DNA of 50,479 bases from Clostridia bacterium (GCA_017613535.1 JAGADO010000042.1:1-50479), one strand, 5' to 3'; numbered from the stretch's first letter, positions 28,012 through 38,569 are shown. Numbers and translations: made by a program. Notes: generated by a model not told the origin, from the letters alone.

Positions 28012-30018
28012 TCACTTTTCGATCAGTTCAGGACAAGGCTGGCCGTTCCTGTAGCATCTGATGTACTCGCAGAGCCACCTGTAATAAAGGTCTCCGTGGC
28101 CTCCCTCCATAGGCTCTATATCGCGGCTGTACTCCTGATTGAAATTGTCCGTGAAGATGTAGCCTACTCCGTCAACGTAGTACAGCTGGGCGCACCATTC
28201 GTTCCACCACGTTACCGTTACGATCTTGGGATGAACGGCGAAGACGTTCTTCCATTGACCGTTCCAGAACCGTCCTCCCTGCCTGCCGTGCGCCGTAGGC
28301 TGTGACATATATGTCTCCTGCGTCGCAACGTCCGCACACATATGCTCGGGATTCCCATCCGCGTCGTAAGAAACCGTTTTGCTGTTATCGATCTCGAGGT
28401 AGCTCCACTGGCCTTGTGCCGCACGTCCGCGAAGTCCGTACATGCTTCGCACGGTCAGATCTTTGTAAAGCTCTGTCTCGTCAAGCTGCCAGTCCATAAT
28501 GAACGGTTTACCGTCCCAGTATACGAAGCAGTCTTTCCATTTTTCGATGTCAAGGAAGTTTTCTTTCATATTTTGGAACATATTGTTGCTTCCCATCCAG
28601 AACACTACGTACGGCGTGCCTTTTCCTTCGGAGCGCATCTCCATGATCGTGTTGAGGAGAGCGGTGGTCGGCCCCTGTATGTACGAGACCCACGATCCCG
28701 ATCCGGGGTTATAGCCAGGAGCCGTGGCGTACGTATAGTCAAGAATTATGAAATCAACGCCGGCCTGGTACAGAAGTGTCATATTGTTGCGTATCGCGTC
28801 CGTATCTGTGCTGCGGTAATACCCCTGAGCAGGCTTGGACCAGTAGTGGAACGCCGTAACGGCATTGTGCTGATCATTTTTAGTTCCAAATCCGTACTCC
28901 GCCGAAAAGCCGTACTGTTCGGTGAGTTCGGCAACGTTCCTGGCATTCTCGATCTTGCCTGTTCCTTCGCCGTGGATAGCGTTGAACCACATCGTGTAGC
29001 ATATGCCGATAACGTCTTTTCTATCTGTAATATCGAGCCCGAGCGTATGGCCGTCGAGCGGTCTTGCCTCGATCTCCGTCAATGTTTTTTTCTTGCCTTT
29101 CGTGCAGCCAAGGATCTGAATATTGTCCATGCCTACCCCTCCCAGATGAGTGAAATACGAGAAATATTCTCCTTCGATGGCGTCCGGATCGCTCTCGCAT
29201 TCATATTTCTTAACGCCTTCTCCGTTGTATACCGTCATTTTTCCGTCTTCCTGAGCAACTTTAAGCACAAGCTGACCCTTCAGGTAAACAAATATGTCTT
29301 TGTTTTCGCACGCTACGATATCCGCGTGCGTTTCGCCCTGGATAAGGCTGCTATCGACTTTAACAGATACGTTGCCCGCCGGCCATGCCCACGTACCTGC
29401 AGCACCTCCGTATACTGTAACCGATGACGTCGTCGGATTGAAACTGATATAAATACCGTCGCCGGGATTGTCCGCAATGCTTCCCACGTTGTTCTTGAAA
29501 ACGCCTATCATCGCAGACATCCACGGTCCGCTGCCGTTCGATTTGAAGTGGCCGTCAAATGACAGCTGCGCCTGCACGAATTCTTCTCCGAGGCACTGAA
29601 TGAGCGGCGCCCAGGTCGTCCACCCTTCCGCGAAATGGTCTTCGGACGAGTCGGAATAGTTGATATATAGTACGCCGTCAACGACCGCCGATGTGCCTTC
29701 GTTCCTCAGTTCGGCATCGCCTCCGAGCGTCGGATCGCCGTCAGAAAAATCACTTTCAAGCAGCGCGATCACGCCTGTCGTCCCCTTCGAACAGATCGCT
29801 CCGTGCTCTCCTTCGAAAGAGTCGTAGAAAACCGTTTCCGTTTTCTTTATGTATTCGACGATTCCGTCGTTAAACGACACTTCCGGATCATCGGTCGGAT
29901 ATGAATACGAGTGATCTTCTTCGCGGTTATTTCCGTTGCAGCCTGCGAAAACGCACGTTACGGTCAAAATAGCAACAGCGAAAAGCATTGCCCTTATTAT
30001 TTTATTTTTTCCGGTCAA
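28012..30018 (-). CDS. Lipoprotein with beta-sandwich/lectin-like N-terminal region and GH99/GH71-like C-terminal TIM barrel
   Basis: Lipobox VFAGC; IGICYTMWF, YWSKPAQGYY, AGVDFIILD, DGKPF, VTWWNEW, RDIEPM, GDLYY; TTG start after GGAGG. Confidence 0.7.
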   Translation of the reverse strand: MTGKNKIIRAMLFAVAILTVTCVFAGCNGNNREEDHSYSYPTDDPEVSFNDGIVEYIKKTETVFYDSFEGEHGAICSKGTTGVIALLESDFSDGDPTLGGDAELRNEGTSAVVDGVLYINYSDSSEDHFAEGWTTWAPLIQCLGEEFVQAQLSFDGHFKSNGSGPWMSAMIGVFKNNVGSIADNPGDGIYISFNPTTSSVTVYGGAAGTWAWPAGNVSVKVDSSLIQGETHADIVACENKDIFVYLKGQLVLKVAQEDGKMTVYNGEGVKKYECESDPDAIEGEYFSYFTHLGGVGMDNIQILGCTKGKKKTLTEIEARPLDGHTLGLDITDRKDVIGICYTMWFNAIHGEGTGKIENARNVAELTEQYGFSAEYGFGTKNDQHNAVTAFHYWSKPAQGYYRSTDTDAIRNNMTLLYQAGVDFIILDYTYATAPGYNPGSGSWVSYIQGPTTALLNTIMEMRSEGKGTPYVVFWMGSNNMFQNMKENFLDIEKWKDCFVYWDGKPFIMDWQLDETELYKDLTVRSMYGLRGRAAQGQWSYLEIDNSKTVSYDADGNPEHMCADVATQETYMSQPTAHGRQGGRFWNGQWKNVFAVHPKIVTVTWWNEWCAQLYYVDGVGYIFTDNFNQEYSRDIEPMEGGHGDLYYRWLCEYIRCYRNGQPCPELIEK

Positions 30019-30179
30019 TCAAATACACCTCCGGCGCTCCGTTTCCGTGCGGGAGCAGGAGCAATTGCTGCTGTAAATTGTATCGTTTCGGGCCTGCCGT
30101 GTCAAGATTGCGCTGAAGCCCGGCTATGATCCCGGATCTTACGCTCCGAAAAAATATCGTTTTTCGTCAATAAAAAGAC

Positions 30180-30209
30180 TTGAATTTGCACACGTTTTCT
30201 TGGTAAAAT
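30180..30209 (+). promoter_or_regulatory. Putative sigmaA promoter for hpf
   Basis: TTGAAT-N18-TAAAAT with extended -10 TG. Confidence 0.5.
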
Positions 30210-30271
30210 ATAAGCAGATAAAGAGCTAATTAAAGGTTCGGAAATAAATGTTATAACCGGAGGGATCAAAC

Positions 30272-30814
30272 ATGTTAGTAAAACTTAACACAAAGGACGC
30301 GAATGTCACTGAAAGATCGCAAAAAAACATGGAGAAGAAACTTCAGAGCCGCTTCATCAGGTACTTCAAGGATGAGCCGGAGGATAAAACGACCCTCTGG
30401 GTGAAAATATCCGAGAAAAAGTACATAACCAAAGCGGAACTTACGATCTCATACCAGGGCTATCTGCTCCGCTCCGAAACCACCGATAACAAATCCGCAA
30501 TGGCTGCGCTGGATAAGGCGATCGACGTGCTTGAGCGCCAGATCGTTAAATGCAAGACGAAGCTTGCAAAAGGGCGCCATCAGACTATTACTCAGGATGT
30601 TGCGGAACCCGCAGTTGAGGAAGAGCCCGAGAATTACCCGATCGTTCGCGTAAAGACTTATGAGATGAAGCCGCTGACCGTTCAGGACGCCATCCTTAAT
30701 ATGAACATGCTCGGTCATAATTTCTTTATGTTCAAGAACAGCGAGACCGACAGGATCTGCACCGTCTACAGAAGGAACGACGGAGACTACGGTCTGATCG
30801 AAGCAGAGGAATAA
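30272..30814 (+). CDS. hpf: Ribosome hibernation promoting factor, long form
   Basis: AELTI...LRSE...AALDKAIDVLERQIVK.KTKL; C-terminal IVRVKTYEMKPLTVQDAILNMNMLGHNFFMFKN...VYRRNDGDYGLIE. Confidence 0.93.
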   Translation: MLVKLNTKDANVTERSQKNMEKKLQSRFIRYFKDEPEDKTTLWVKISEKKYITKAELTISYQGYLLRSETTDNKSAMAALDKAIDVLERQIVKCKTKLAKGRHQTITQDVAEPAVEEEPENYPIVRVKTYEMKPLTVQDAILNMNMLGHNFFMFKNSETDRICTVYRRNDGDYGLIEAEE

Positions 30815-30868
30815 TACAGAAAAGGCTGATCTGCGATTTAGATCTTTTCAATGATAAAACGATAAAAC

Positions 30869-30923
30869 AGGGGCTGTTAAAAGGCCGGAGTATCGTCCGG
30901 TGATTTAGCAGCCCCTTCTTTTT
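30869..30923 (+). terminator. Long hairpin terminator between convergent hpf and the 30974 gene
   Basis: AGGGGCTGTTAAA...TTTAGCAGCCCCT with inner CCGGA/TCCGG, followed by TCTTTTT. Confidence 0.7.
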
Positions 30924-30973
30924 TACTGATGATCAGCCTGAACCGATCATTGACCTTGTTTTACCCTGAATGA

Positions 30974-33900
30974 TCAGCCTCTGGTAAGGATGTCGAACGT
31001 GACGCCTCCGGTGGATGAATCAGACTCAAAGTCACCGTAATATTTGTGCGCGATATTTTCGTATTGTGCCGTGCACTGAAGATTCGAGAGAGTCAGAGCA
31101 TCGCTGCTAACGTTCTCGAACGTAACTTCGATCCTGACGTTCTCGGGAGAAAGCTGGTTCGAAAGCACATAGCGGTAAGGCGTGAGGCCTTCTCCGATAC
31201 CATAGCGCACTACCGAATCCTCGAGCAGGTATCCCCCGTTATATGCGCGGATAACGACCGCTCCGCCGCTGCTGCCGGAATATTCCGTTGAGAATGTCAG
31301 TTCGACCTGATCTCCGCAAAGCAGATCGGAAATATCATTGAAAACGTACCCCGTTTCAACGGACCCTTTGTAGCCTACCGTCTTGATCTCTACGTTCGCG
31401 TGGAACGGCACAAGATATACGGTGCCTTCCCATGCGCCTGTCTCGGTAATAGATTTCAGCAGGCCGGTATCGATCCCGCCGTTATCGGAAGGACGGCTCA
31501 TCTGAACGATATCAAACTTCAGATCACTGCCGTTGTCATACGATGCCATACCCTTGGTGATACCGGTATTGACCGTTCTGGGCTGATTCTCTTTCTGGAT
31601 CGTATCGATCGCGTTCTGCTCGGCAGACTTCGAATCCCTGTATTTCTTTGACGATGTGTCAAGCGGGATGATCATGTGGATCATGCGTACGCCGTGAGAA
31701 TACATATACCGGAGCTGGGCAAGGACCTCCCCGCGGTCTGTCGTGATCGAACCGTACTCGCCGAGAGTGATGTTATTGTGCCCCGCGTTGAAAGCAAGTT
31801 TGAGGAAGTTGTTGTTATCGCTGTACCACAAGCCGTACCTTGTCCCTCCGTATGCGGTTCCGCAGACCGTTACAGCTTCGAGCGGGGAAAGTCTGGTATT
31901 AGCTTCTCCGAGGAATCCGGATACGGCATCGCCTTCCGGGATCTGATGAGCGTTGATCGCTTCGGGCGGGAAGCCTGCCAGCAGAGCCTCGCGGTATGCT
32001 TCCATCAGCCGTTTGTTGATGATATATCTCGTGTACAGACACCACTGAGTGAAGAAATCGCTCTCGCCGTAAGTGTCCCATTCTCCCCTGCATAACGACG
32101 GATCGTCTCCGGCAAGCGGATAGTATCGCGGTGCGTCAAAATCGTCTTCGCTGCCAAAGCTCGTGCCGAAGCGTTTGTTGATGTTTTCGATGCTTCCGTA
32201 AAGGTCAAGCAGGTACTCTTTAAAGCCTGTGATCATATTGACGTTGTAGTCGCCAACCGATCCGGCAACGTTGATTTCCTGCTCATGTACCGGGGATACG
32301 GCGATCAGTTTTTCGGGCTCGGCTCTTTCACCTCTGAAATCTACAGAAAGGCCTCTTAAATACGAGCGCAGAGGAAGCACGCGCAGCTTGCTCATTTCTA
32401 TTATGCCGTCAGCGTACGTCCCGTTATAGAACGAACTGTCAAGTTCTACATAATCCGTAGTCGCGTTGTCCCTGCCTATCGAAAGGTACTTGATGTTTCC
32501 GTCTTTGTCCTTTACCTTGGACATTACGGTGGTGGCGCCGATCCTGTTCCAGCGATGGGTGAAACAGGGTTCCCACTCATGGTACCCGCTGTGGTACGCA
32601 TTGGAATCCCCGTATTTTACTCCGTACAGACGCATATACGTTTTTTCGGTGTTATTGAACTGCGAAGCGGCTTTTTCCGGATCCTTGAGCGAAGAAAGCA
32701 CAGGTGCGGCAAGGTCTGTTCTCACATGGTCGAACGTGCCTCGGTCAACGTATCCGTCGGGATTGTCCTTCGCGAACGTGGAATAAAATCTGTTCTCACG
32801 CCAGCCGACATTGACCTTTTCGCCCCCGGTGAGGTCAGCCGAATACGTGTAAATGTTCGAAAAAGTACCGTCTTTAATTGTCACATTAAATCCGTTGTCA
32901 AAAGCTGACGCGTAAACGCCTGTCGCGTCGCTTCCGAGATCGATCTGAAGAGGCTCGATGCAGTTCTTTACGGGATCGCAGATAAACGCTTTCTGAGCAT
33001 CGCCGTAATACATAACGACGGTATCGCTGTTATTGCCTTTTCTGAGCGAAAGTTCAAGTTCGGACTTGCTGTCCGGTCCGGTATATTCAAATTCGATCGT
33101 TTTAACGAGCGTCAGATCAGCAAACGAATAGATCTGCATCAGCGGCTTCGCGCCTGCTTTCTGGGAAGCGCTCATTACGGCAAGGTACTCGTCGGATCTG
33201 CCTTCGATAAACCGTCCGGAAGTGATCACGAACGGAGCAGCGATACCTTCGGGCTTTATAGCCGCGCGGATAACTCCGGTGGTGTCAAATATCCTTATGG
33301 TGTCTGCGCCTGTTCCTTTTGCGGAAAAAGCCGCGGCGGCAATAAGCGTTTCTTTCTTATCTCCTGCCGAATATGCTCCGGCGGCAACTCTCACACCTCC
33401 CCGTACGTCTGCCGGGAACGCGAGGAACTGAGCGGAAATGGCCTGCTGGCGGTTGAAAACTCTTACGAGCGTGTAGTTTCCGTCAGCTTTTCCCTGGCCG
33501 GCAACGATCGCCGGTCCTGCCGTTACGTTCGCGTCTCCCATCTGAGCGTAGTACAGGTTCGTCTGCAGCCCCAGGTTCAGATCCGGCGCGGTGTAGTAAA
33601 CCGTATTTGTACCGTTCGTGACCTTCGACGGAAGCGTTATCAGTGCATTAAGCTTGTCTTCGTCTTCTGCTCCCCTGAGTATGAGAGTCAGATATTCAAG
33701 CGTATAAATGTCGCTGAAAGTGTCCGGCTTTTTATCGGCCGCCGTTATGATCGCCATACGGTCGTCGTAAACTGTTACGTAAAGATCTGCGACTGAAGCG
33801 CCTTCGACGGCATCGATCCAGCCTTTCTGATCCTCTTTACCGAGCAGCGCGGCACACGCCGTCGCGTTAAGTCTGAGTTTACCGTCTTCTTCTTTAAGGA

Positions 33901-34195
33901 ATTCTTCTTCGGTCCCCATCAGGCCGGCGCGGTAATACGCAAGTTTTGTGTTTTTATACAGAGCCAGCACATTGTCCACCCCCAGGAGATTCGTTACCTG
34001 ACTGAATCCGGTATATCCGGCATAATTCGGAGCAGGCTGCGCCGCATAAGTTCCGGTCTTCTTCGTTTCCGGTATTTCAGTCGGATCTTTTTTATTGCAG
34101 CCTGATGCGCACATAACTAGCATCAGCAGCGCCAGCAGCATAGAAGCAGATCTGAGCGCAAATCTTTTTCCGGTGTTTTTTACGTCTGTTTTCAT
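30974..34195 (-). CDS. Large lipoprotein (1073 aa) with FG-GAP-like propeller motifs and a GH42-like (clan GH-A) region
   Basis: Lipobox CASGC; VRVF...FLAFPADVRGGVRVAAG...IRIF; FKEYLLDLYGSIENINKRFGTSF resembles GH42; candidate catalytic Glu in VHEQEI and LGEYG. Confidence 0.6.
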   Translation of the reverse strand: MKTDVKNTGKRFALRSASMLLALLMLVMCASGCNKKDPTEIPETKKTGTYAAQPAPNYAGYTGFSQVTNLLGVDNVLALYKNTKLAYYRAGLMGTEEEFLKEEDGKLRLNATACAALLGKEDQKGWIDAVEGASVADLYVTVYDDRMAIITAADKKPDTFSDIYTLEYLTLILRGAEDEDKLNALITLPSKVTNGTNTVYYTAPDLNLGLQTNLYYAQMGDANVTAGPAIVAGQGKADGNYTLVRVFNRQQAISAQFLAFPADVRGGVRVAAGAYSAGDKKETLIAAAAFSAKGTGADTIRIFDTTGVIRAAIKPEGIAAPFVITSGRFIEGRSDEYLAVMSASQKAGAKPLMQIYSFADLTLVKTIEFEYTGPDSKSELELSLRKGNNSDTVVMYYGDAQKAFICDPVKNCIEPLQIDLGSDATGVYASAFDNGFNVTIKDGTFSNIYTYSADLTGGEKVNVGWRENRFYSTFAKDNPDGYVDRGTFDHVRTDLAAPVLSSLKDPEKAASQFNNTEKTYMRLYGVKYGDSNAYHSGYHEWEPCFTHRWNRIGATTVMSKVKDKDGNIKYLSIGRDNATTDYVELDSSFYNGTYADGIIEMSKLRVLPLRSYLRGLSVDFRGERAEPEKLIAVSPVHEQEINVAGSVGDYNVNMITGFKEYLLDLYGSIENINKRFGTSFGSEDDFDAPRYYPLAGDDPSLCRGEWDTYGESDFFTQWCLYTRYIINKRLMEAYREALLAGFPPEAINAHQIPEGDAVSGFLGEANTRLSPLEAVTVCGTAYGGTRYGLWYSDNNNFLKLAFNAGHNNITLGEYGSITTDRGEVLAQLRYMYSHGVRMIHMIIPLDTSSKKYRDSKSAEQNAIDTIQKENQPRTVNTGITKGMASYDNGSDLKFDIVQMSRPSDNGGIDTGLLKSITETGAWEGTVYLVPFHANVEIKTVGYKGSVETGYVFNDISDLLCGDQVELTFSTEYSGSSGGAVVIRAYNGGYLLEDSVVRYGIGEGLTPYRYVLSNQLSPENVRIEVTFENVSSDALTLSNLQCTAQYENIAHKYYGDFESDSSTGGVTFDILTRG

Positions 34196-34233
34196 TATAC
34201 TGCACCTCGCGACCGTAAAGCCTGAAATTCGTT

Positions 34234-36045
34234 TTATTTTCTAATAGCGTTCTTATCGTGGCTGACCTTAAATCTCCGGATCTTGTTCGTAGATGTCTTC
34301 TCAAATTCCGTGTCGCGGAGTTCAAGACCGCAGATGCGTTTGTACGCAGGAAGGTCTTTATTTACGCGCTTTATTTCGCCCCAGATGTACCTGGCGGCAA
34401 TATCCTGAAGTTCCTTTTCGTCCGCGGCAGATTCTCCCGCTTCCTCTGCGGCGCTCTTCACGGCTTCGTAGTCAGGGAACACAGTCACGCAGACTTTTGT
34501 GTCTTCCTGATCGCCGTCGGAATTGTCGCCCCACACCATGCACTCTTTGATAAACCGGATATCCATAAGTTTATCCTCGAGTTCTTCGGGGAATATATTT
34601 TTTCCGGTGCTGGTGACGATTATGTTTTTAATGCGGCCGGTAATGTATACCCTGCCCTGTTCGTCCATCCTGCCCTGGTCTCCCGTGCGGAACCATCCGT
34701 CTTCCGTGAAAGCGGCGCGCGTCGCTTCGGGGTTGTTGTAATAGCCGAGCATGACGTTATCGCCTTTGGCCTGTATCTCGCCGCGGCCTTCCTCGTCCGG
34801 ATCAGCGATCCTGATCTGTATACCGGGCATAGCCGGTCCGACCGATTCGAATTCATTGCCGCTGTCACGGTTCACGCAAAGGATCGGGGATGTTTCGGTA
34901 AGGCCGTAACCCTGGCGGATCTTGAAGCCCATGCGGTCAAGGTTTTTACCGACTTCGGGCTTCATTGCCGCAGCTCCGGCCACAAGTAATTTTATGCGTC
35001 CGCCGATAGCTTCGTGCGCTGATTTGAAGAACGTTTTTCCTGCGTTGATGCCGAAATGTTTCAAAAATCCGGAAAGGCCGAGCAGGAATCTGAACATGAA
35101 CCATTTGAATTTAGACGCTTTCGCCTTATCCACGATTTTTTTGTACAGATTTTCGAGGATCAGAGGCACGAGCATCATCATCGTAGGTCTGTATTCGGCA
35201 ATATTTTTAGCGATATACCGGAGTCCGTCGCAGAATGCCACGCGGACGCCCATGCGGTACGAGACCAGGAAAGTGGTGGTGCATTCGTACGTGTGGTGTA
35301 TGGGCAATATCGACAGCATCGAGTCTTCGCACGTATGTTCGAGGCACTGCATCACGCTCGTCATGTCAGTCAATATATTTTTCTGCGAAAGCATTACGCC
35401 TTTCGACACGCCTGTCGTTCCGGACGTAAAGATAAGTACCGACATCGCTTCGGGGTCAATTACGATCTCGTCGTACTTAGTATCTCCCGCTTCCAGAAGC
35501 TCTCTGCCTTTCTTCATAAGGCTGTCAAAGCGCGTCAGTTTCGCTTCGCCTATCTGCTCTTCGGGCTCGTCGCCCTTATCCATAAGCACGCATAATTTAA
35601 CGTTCGGAAGCTCCGGGAGCGCATCTTTCAGCGCTTTAGCATATATTTTATCCGAAACGATTATGCAGCACGCTCCTGATTCGGACAGCACGTGGCAGAT
35701 CTCTTCCTTGTTAAGCTCCTTATCAACCGGCACGACGACGTCGCCAGAAGTTATTACGGAGAGGTAGCTGAGGCACCATTCGAATCTGTTTTCGCCCATA
35801 ACAGCGATGTGCGAACCGGCCGGGAAGAGATCCAGGAGCGCCGTGCCCAGGATCCTTGTCTCCTCTTTGAACCGCTTAAACGTCACATGATCATATTCAG
35901 CCGGTTCGTTTGCCGTCTCGCGCTTCGTTTTAACGATATACGCTTCCCTGTCGCCGTAATCGCGCACAGACTCATCGATCACTACACGAAAATCTCTCGG
36001 CACCGGGTCGAGAACCATATTAAAACCTTTTTTACTTTTTTTCAC
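34234..36045 (-). CDS. Long-chain fatty acid--CoA ligase (AMP-binding)
   Basis: IFTSGTTGVSKGVMLS, QGYGLTETSP, GWFRTGD, GRIKNIIV..GKNIFPEELE; GTG start after GGAGGAG. Confidence 0.92.
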   Translation of the reverse strand: MKKSKKGFNMVLDPVPRDFRVVIDESVRDYGDREAYIVKTKRETANEPAEYDHVTFKRFKEETRILGTALLDLFPAGSHIAVMGENRFEWCLSYLSVITSGDVVVPVDKELNKEEICHVLSESGACCIIVSDKIYAKALKDALPELPNVKLCVLMDKGDEPEEQIGEAKLTRFDSLMKKGRELLEAGDTKYDEIVIDPEAMSVLIFTSGTTGVSKGVMLSQKNILTDMTSVMQCLEHTCEDSMLSILPIHHTYECTTTFLVSYRMGVRVAFCDGLRYIAKNIAEYRPTMMMLVPLILENLYKKIVDKAKASKFKWFMFRFLLGLSGFLKHFGINAGKTFFKSAHEAIGGRIKLLVAGAAAMKPEVGKNLDRMGFKIRQGYGLTETSPILCVNRDSGNEFESVGPAMPGIQIRIADPDEEGRGEIQAKGDNVMLGYYNNPEATRAAFTEDGWFRTGDQGRMDEQGRVYITGRIKNIIVTSTGKNIFPEELEDKLMDIRFIKECMVWGDNSDGDQEDTKVCVTVFPDYEAVKSAAEEAGESAADEKELQDIAARYIWGEIKRVNKDLPAYKRICGLELRDTEFEKTSTNKIRRFKVSHDKNAIRK

Positions 36046-36103
36046 TTTTCTGCTCCTCCGGCCCGGTCGACCGGGCGGTCAATGCGGCGATCCTCGCCTG
36101 TTT

Positions 36104-37093
36104 TTATGCCATAAGGTTCCAGCTGAGCGTTCCGTCGGCGGTCAATTTCAGCACCAGCCCCATTTCTCCGTCCGGCGCGGTCTCCTCAGCCTTGTAATAA
36201 AGCCATATAATGCTGCCCTGCTCTTTTTCCGGAATATATTTGCCCTCGAGCGTCCAGCCTCCTCCGGAAAGCAGTTCGGCGTACGAATCAAGATCAGCTT
36301 CCAAAACGCGTATATACCATGAAGTCCATTCGCGTTTTCCCTCTGAGACCGCGGCAGAAAAACTGCCGGGAACGTAACGTCCGTAACTGAATAAAGGACA
36401 AAGTTCTTCCGGTATGTCATCGTACAATCCGTTATACTCGAGAAGGTCTGAATAACTGCTATCCATCATCGCGGTTATCCTGTATACCGCTTCTGCGTTA
36501 CCTTCCGGCCGCAAAAGCATCAGTTCCCGGAGTATAAGCGCATACGTACCGTATGTGATTTTATTGCCTGATAAAAGTCCGGATCCGGACCCGTCACCCG
36601 AACCGAAACCGGCCTGCGAAGCCAGAGCAGTGACAGAACTCTCTCCGCCTTCTTTTAATTCAGGACCGTACCCCAGCGCTTTTAAGCACATCGTGTATGC
36701 CTGTGTCGCACTGACCGCATCTCCCGAAGCAGCGGCTGCCCCTGACGCATCTTCAAAAAAGTCGACGGTTCCGGAGTAAGAGATGGTCCTGAAATAATCG
36801 GCGATACGCATTTCGTCTCCCGATCCGAGCAGTCTCTGAAGCGCAAGCACGGCGTCAAAACGGCTTATCTGGTCGTTGAGCGCGTCTCCCGATCCGGCGG
36901 GGAAAACGCCAAGCCTGACGAAGCAATCCAGCTCATCCTTTCCCGTGTTGGAATATACCTTTCTTCTTGTGCATCCGGTCAATGCAACAGCGATGCATAA
37001 AAGAAGCATGATCAGGAGCGCAGGACGCCTTTCAGCGCCTCTCCCGCCGCTTCCGTTCGCTTCTTTTTTTATGCATAAATTCGGCTTTTCCAT
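36104..37093 (-). CDS. Hypothetical lipoprotein with degenerate S-layer-homology-like N-terminal region
   Basis: Lipobox ALTGC; LGVF...ISRFDAVLALQRLLG and QAYTMCLKALGY resemble SLH-like repeats; start abuts the cysS stop. Confidence 0.6.
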   Translation of the reverse strand: MEKPNLCIKKEANGSGGRGAERRPALLIMLLLCIAVALTGCTRRKVYSNTGKDELDCFVRLGVFPAGSGDALNDQISRFDAVLALQRLLGSGDEMRIADYFRTISYSGTVDFFEDASGAAAASGDAVSATQAYTMCLKALGYGPELKEGGESSVTALASQAGFGSGDGSGSGLLSGNKITYGTYALILRELMLLRPEGNAEAVYRITAMMDSSYSDLLEYNGLYDDIPEELCPLFSYGRYVPGSFSAAVSEGKREWTSWYIRVLEADLDSYAELLSGGGWTLEGKYIPEKEQGSIIWLYYKAEETAPDGEMGLVLKLTADGTLSWNLMA

Positions 37094-38569
37094 TTATTCC
37101 AGTTCCTTCGTGATGACCGGACCGTCCTTCGTATCCGTCACTTTAAACCCGAGCCGGGCAATTTCCGCACGCAGCGCATCCGCGTCCGCGTAGCGTTTCT
37201 CTTTTTTAGCTTTCATGCGCTCATCGGACAGTGCGAGGATTTCTTCCGGGATATCCGAATTCTGAGCTTTCTGCTCTTCGATGCGCTCCTGTTCGCGCTT
37301 TTCGGCCGCTTTTTCCGTGCCCGCCTCGAGATCGAGACCAAGAATATCGTCGCACGAAACGACGAATTCATATATCTTGCGGTTCAGCGTCTTGTACCGG
37401 AGCGCCTTCCACACGACGCTTAAAGCAAGCGGGATATTGAGGTCATCCGTGATCGCATACCCGAATTCCTTCTTCCATGCATCGAGTACGTTCATGCCCG
37501 AATACCTTCCCTCGCCCGGTACGGTATCGGTGATCTCGGCATCCGGAGCGTTTTTATGCGCAAGCAGCGTGTCATAAAGCCTGGTAAGCGAGATCTGCGC
37601 GCCGTTCAGACCCTCCCATGTGAAATTCAGTTTATTCCTGTAGTGTCCGTTCAGGCAGAAATATCTGAAAGCGAGCGGAGAATAGCCGCGCTCGATAAGC
37701 GTGTCAACGGTGTAGGTATTGCCCAGACTCTTGGACATTTTTCCGCCGTCAACGAGCAGGAATTCGCCGTGCATCCAGTAATTCACCGTCTTTTTACCGA
37801 TGAGCGCTTCGGACTGGGCGATCTCATTCTCGTGGTGGATCGGTATGTGGTCGACTCCGCCTGTGTGTATGTCCAGAAGGTCTCCGAGGTATTCGCGCGA
37901 CATTTCGGAGCACTCGATATGCCAGCCGGGATAACCCATTCCCCAGGGGCTGGGCCACTGCATGATGTGCTCTTTAGGAGCTTTCTTCCACAGCGCGAAA
38001 TCGGCAGGGTTATGCTTCTCATCATTTACCGCCACACGCTCGCTGCCTCCGGCCAGCTGCTCGTCGAGCCTTGCCCGCGAAAGCTTTCCGTACCCGGGGA
38101 ATTTTGCAATGTCAAAATAAATACCGTCCGACGTTTCGTATCCGTATCCTTTTTCGCACAGCTGTACGACGTAATCGATCATGCCGTCAATGTGATCGGT
38201 GGCTTTAGCGATTATTTCGGGGCGGTCAATGTTCAGGCGCTCAAGGTCTTTAAAGAAAGCGGCGGCGTAGAACGCGGCGATCTCGTAAGGCGATTTCTGA
38301 GCCTTTCGCGCCGCCTTTTCCATCTTATCCTCTCCGTCATCCGCATCGGAAGTGAGGTGGCCAACGTCTGTCACGTTCATCACGTGCTTAAGTTTGTATC
38401 CCTCGTGCCTGAGAACGCGCCTGAGCGAATCCATGAACACGTACGTTCTCATATTACCTATGTGCGCAAAACTGTATACCGTAGGTCCGCACGAATAAAT
38501 TTTAACTTCATCGGGATCCTGCGGCACGAATACTTCTTTGCGTCTGGAAAGTGTATTATATATTCTCAT
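37094..38569 (-). CDS. cysS: Cysteine--tRNA ligase
   Basis: YSCGPTVY, HIGN, GYPGWHIECS, HHENEIAQ, KMSKS. Confidence 0.98.
   Translation of the reverse strand: MRIYNTLSRRKEVFVPQDPDEVKIYSCGPTVYSFAHIGNMRTYVFMDSLRRVLRHEGYKLKHVMNVTDVGHLTSDADDGEDKMEKAARKAQKSPYEIAAFYAAAFFKDLERLNIDRPEIIAKATDHIDGMIDYVVQLCEKGYGYETSDGIYFDIAKFPGYGKLSRARLDEQLAGGSERVAVNDEKHNPADFALWKKAPKEHIMQWPSPWGMGYPGWHIECSEMSREYLGDLLDIHTGGVDHIPIHHENEIAQSEALIGKKTVNYWMHGEFLLVDGGKMSKSLGNTYTVDTLIERGYSPLAFRYFCLNGHYRNKLNFTWEGLNGAQISLTRLYDTLLAHKNAPDAEITDTVPGEGRYSGMNVLDAWKKEFGYAITDDLNIPLALSVVWKALRYKTLNRKIYEFVVSCDDILGLDLEAGTEKAAEKREQERIEEQKAQNSDIPEEILALSDERMKAKKEKRYADADALRAEIARLGFKVTDTKDGPVITKELE

Noticed and set aside
30019-30271. raiA-motif ncRNA upstream of hpf/raiA
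   Set aside because: I could not recognise the motif; a promoter candidate lies about 60 nt from the ATG and the rest is shared with the divergent gene. An Rfam scan would be decisive.
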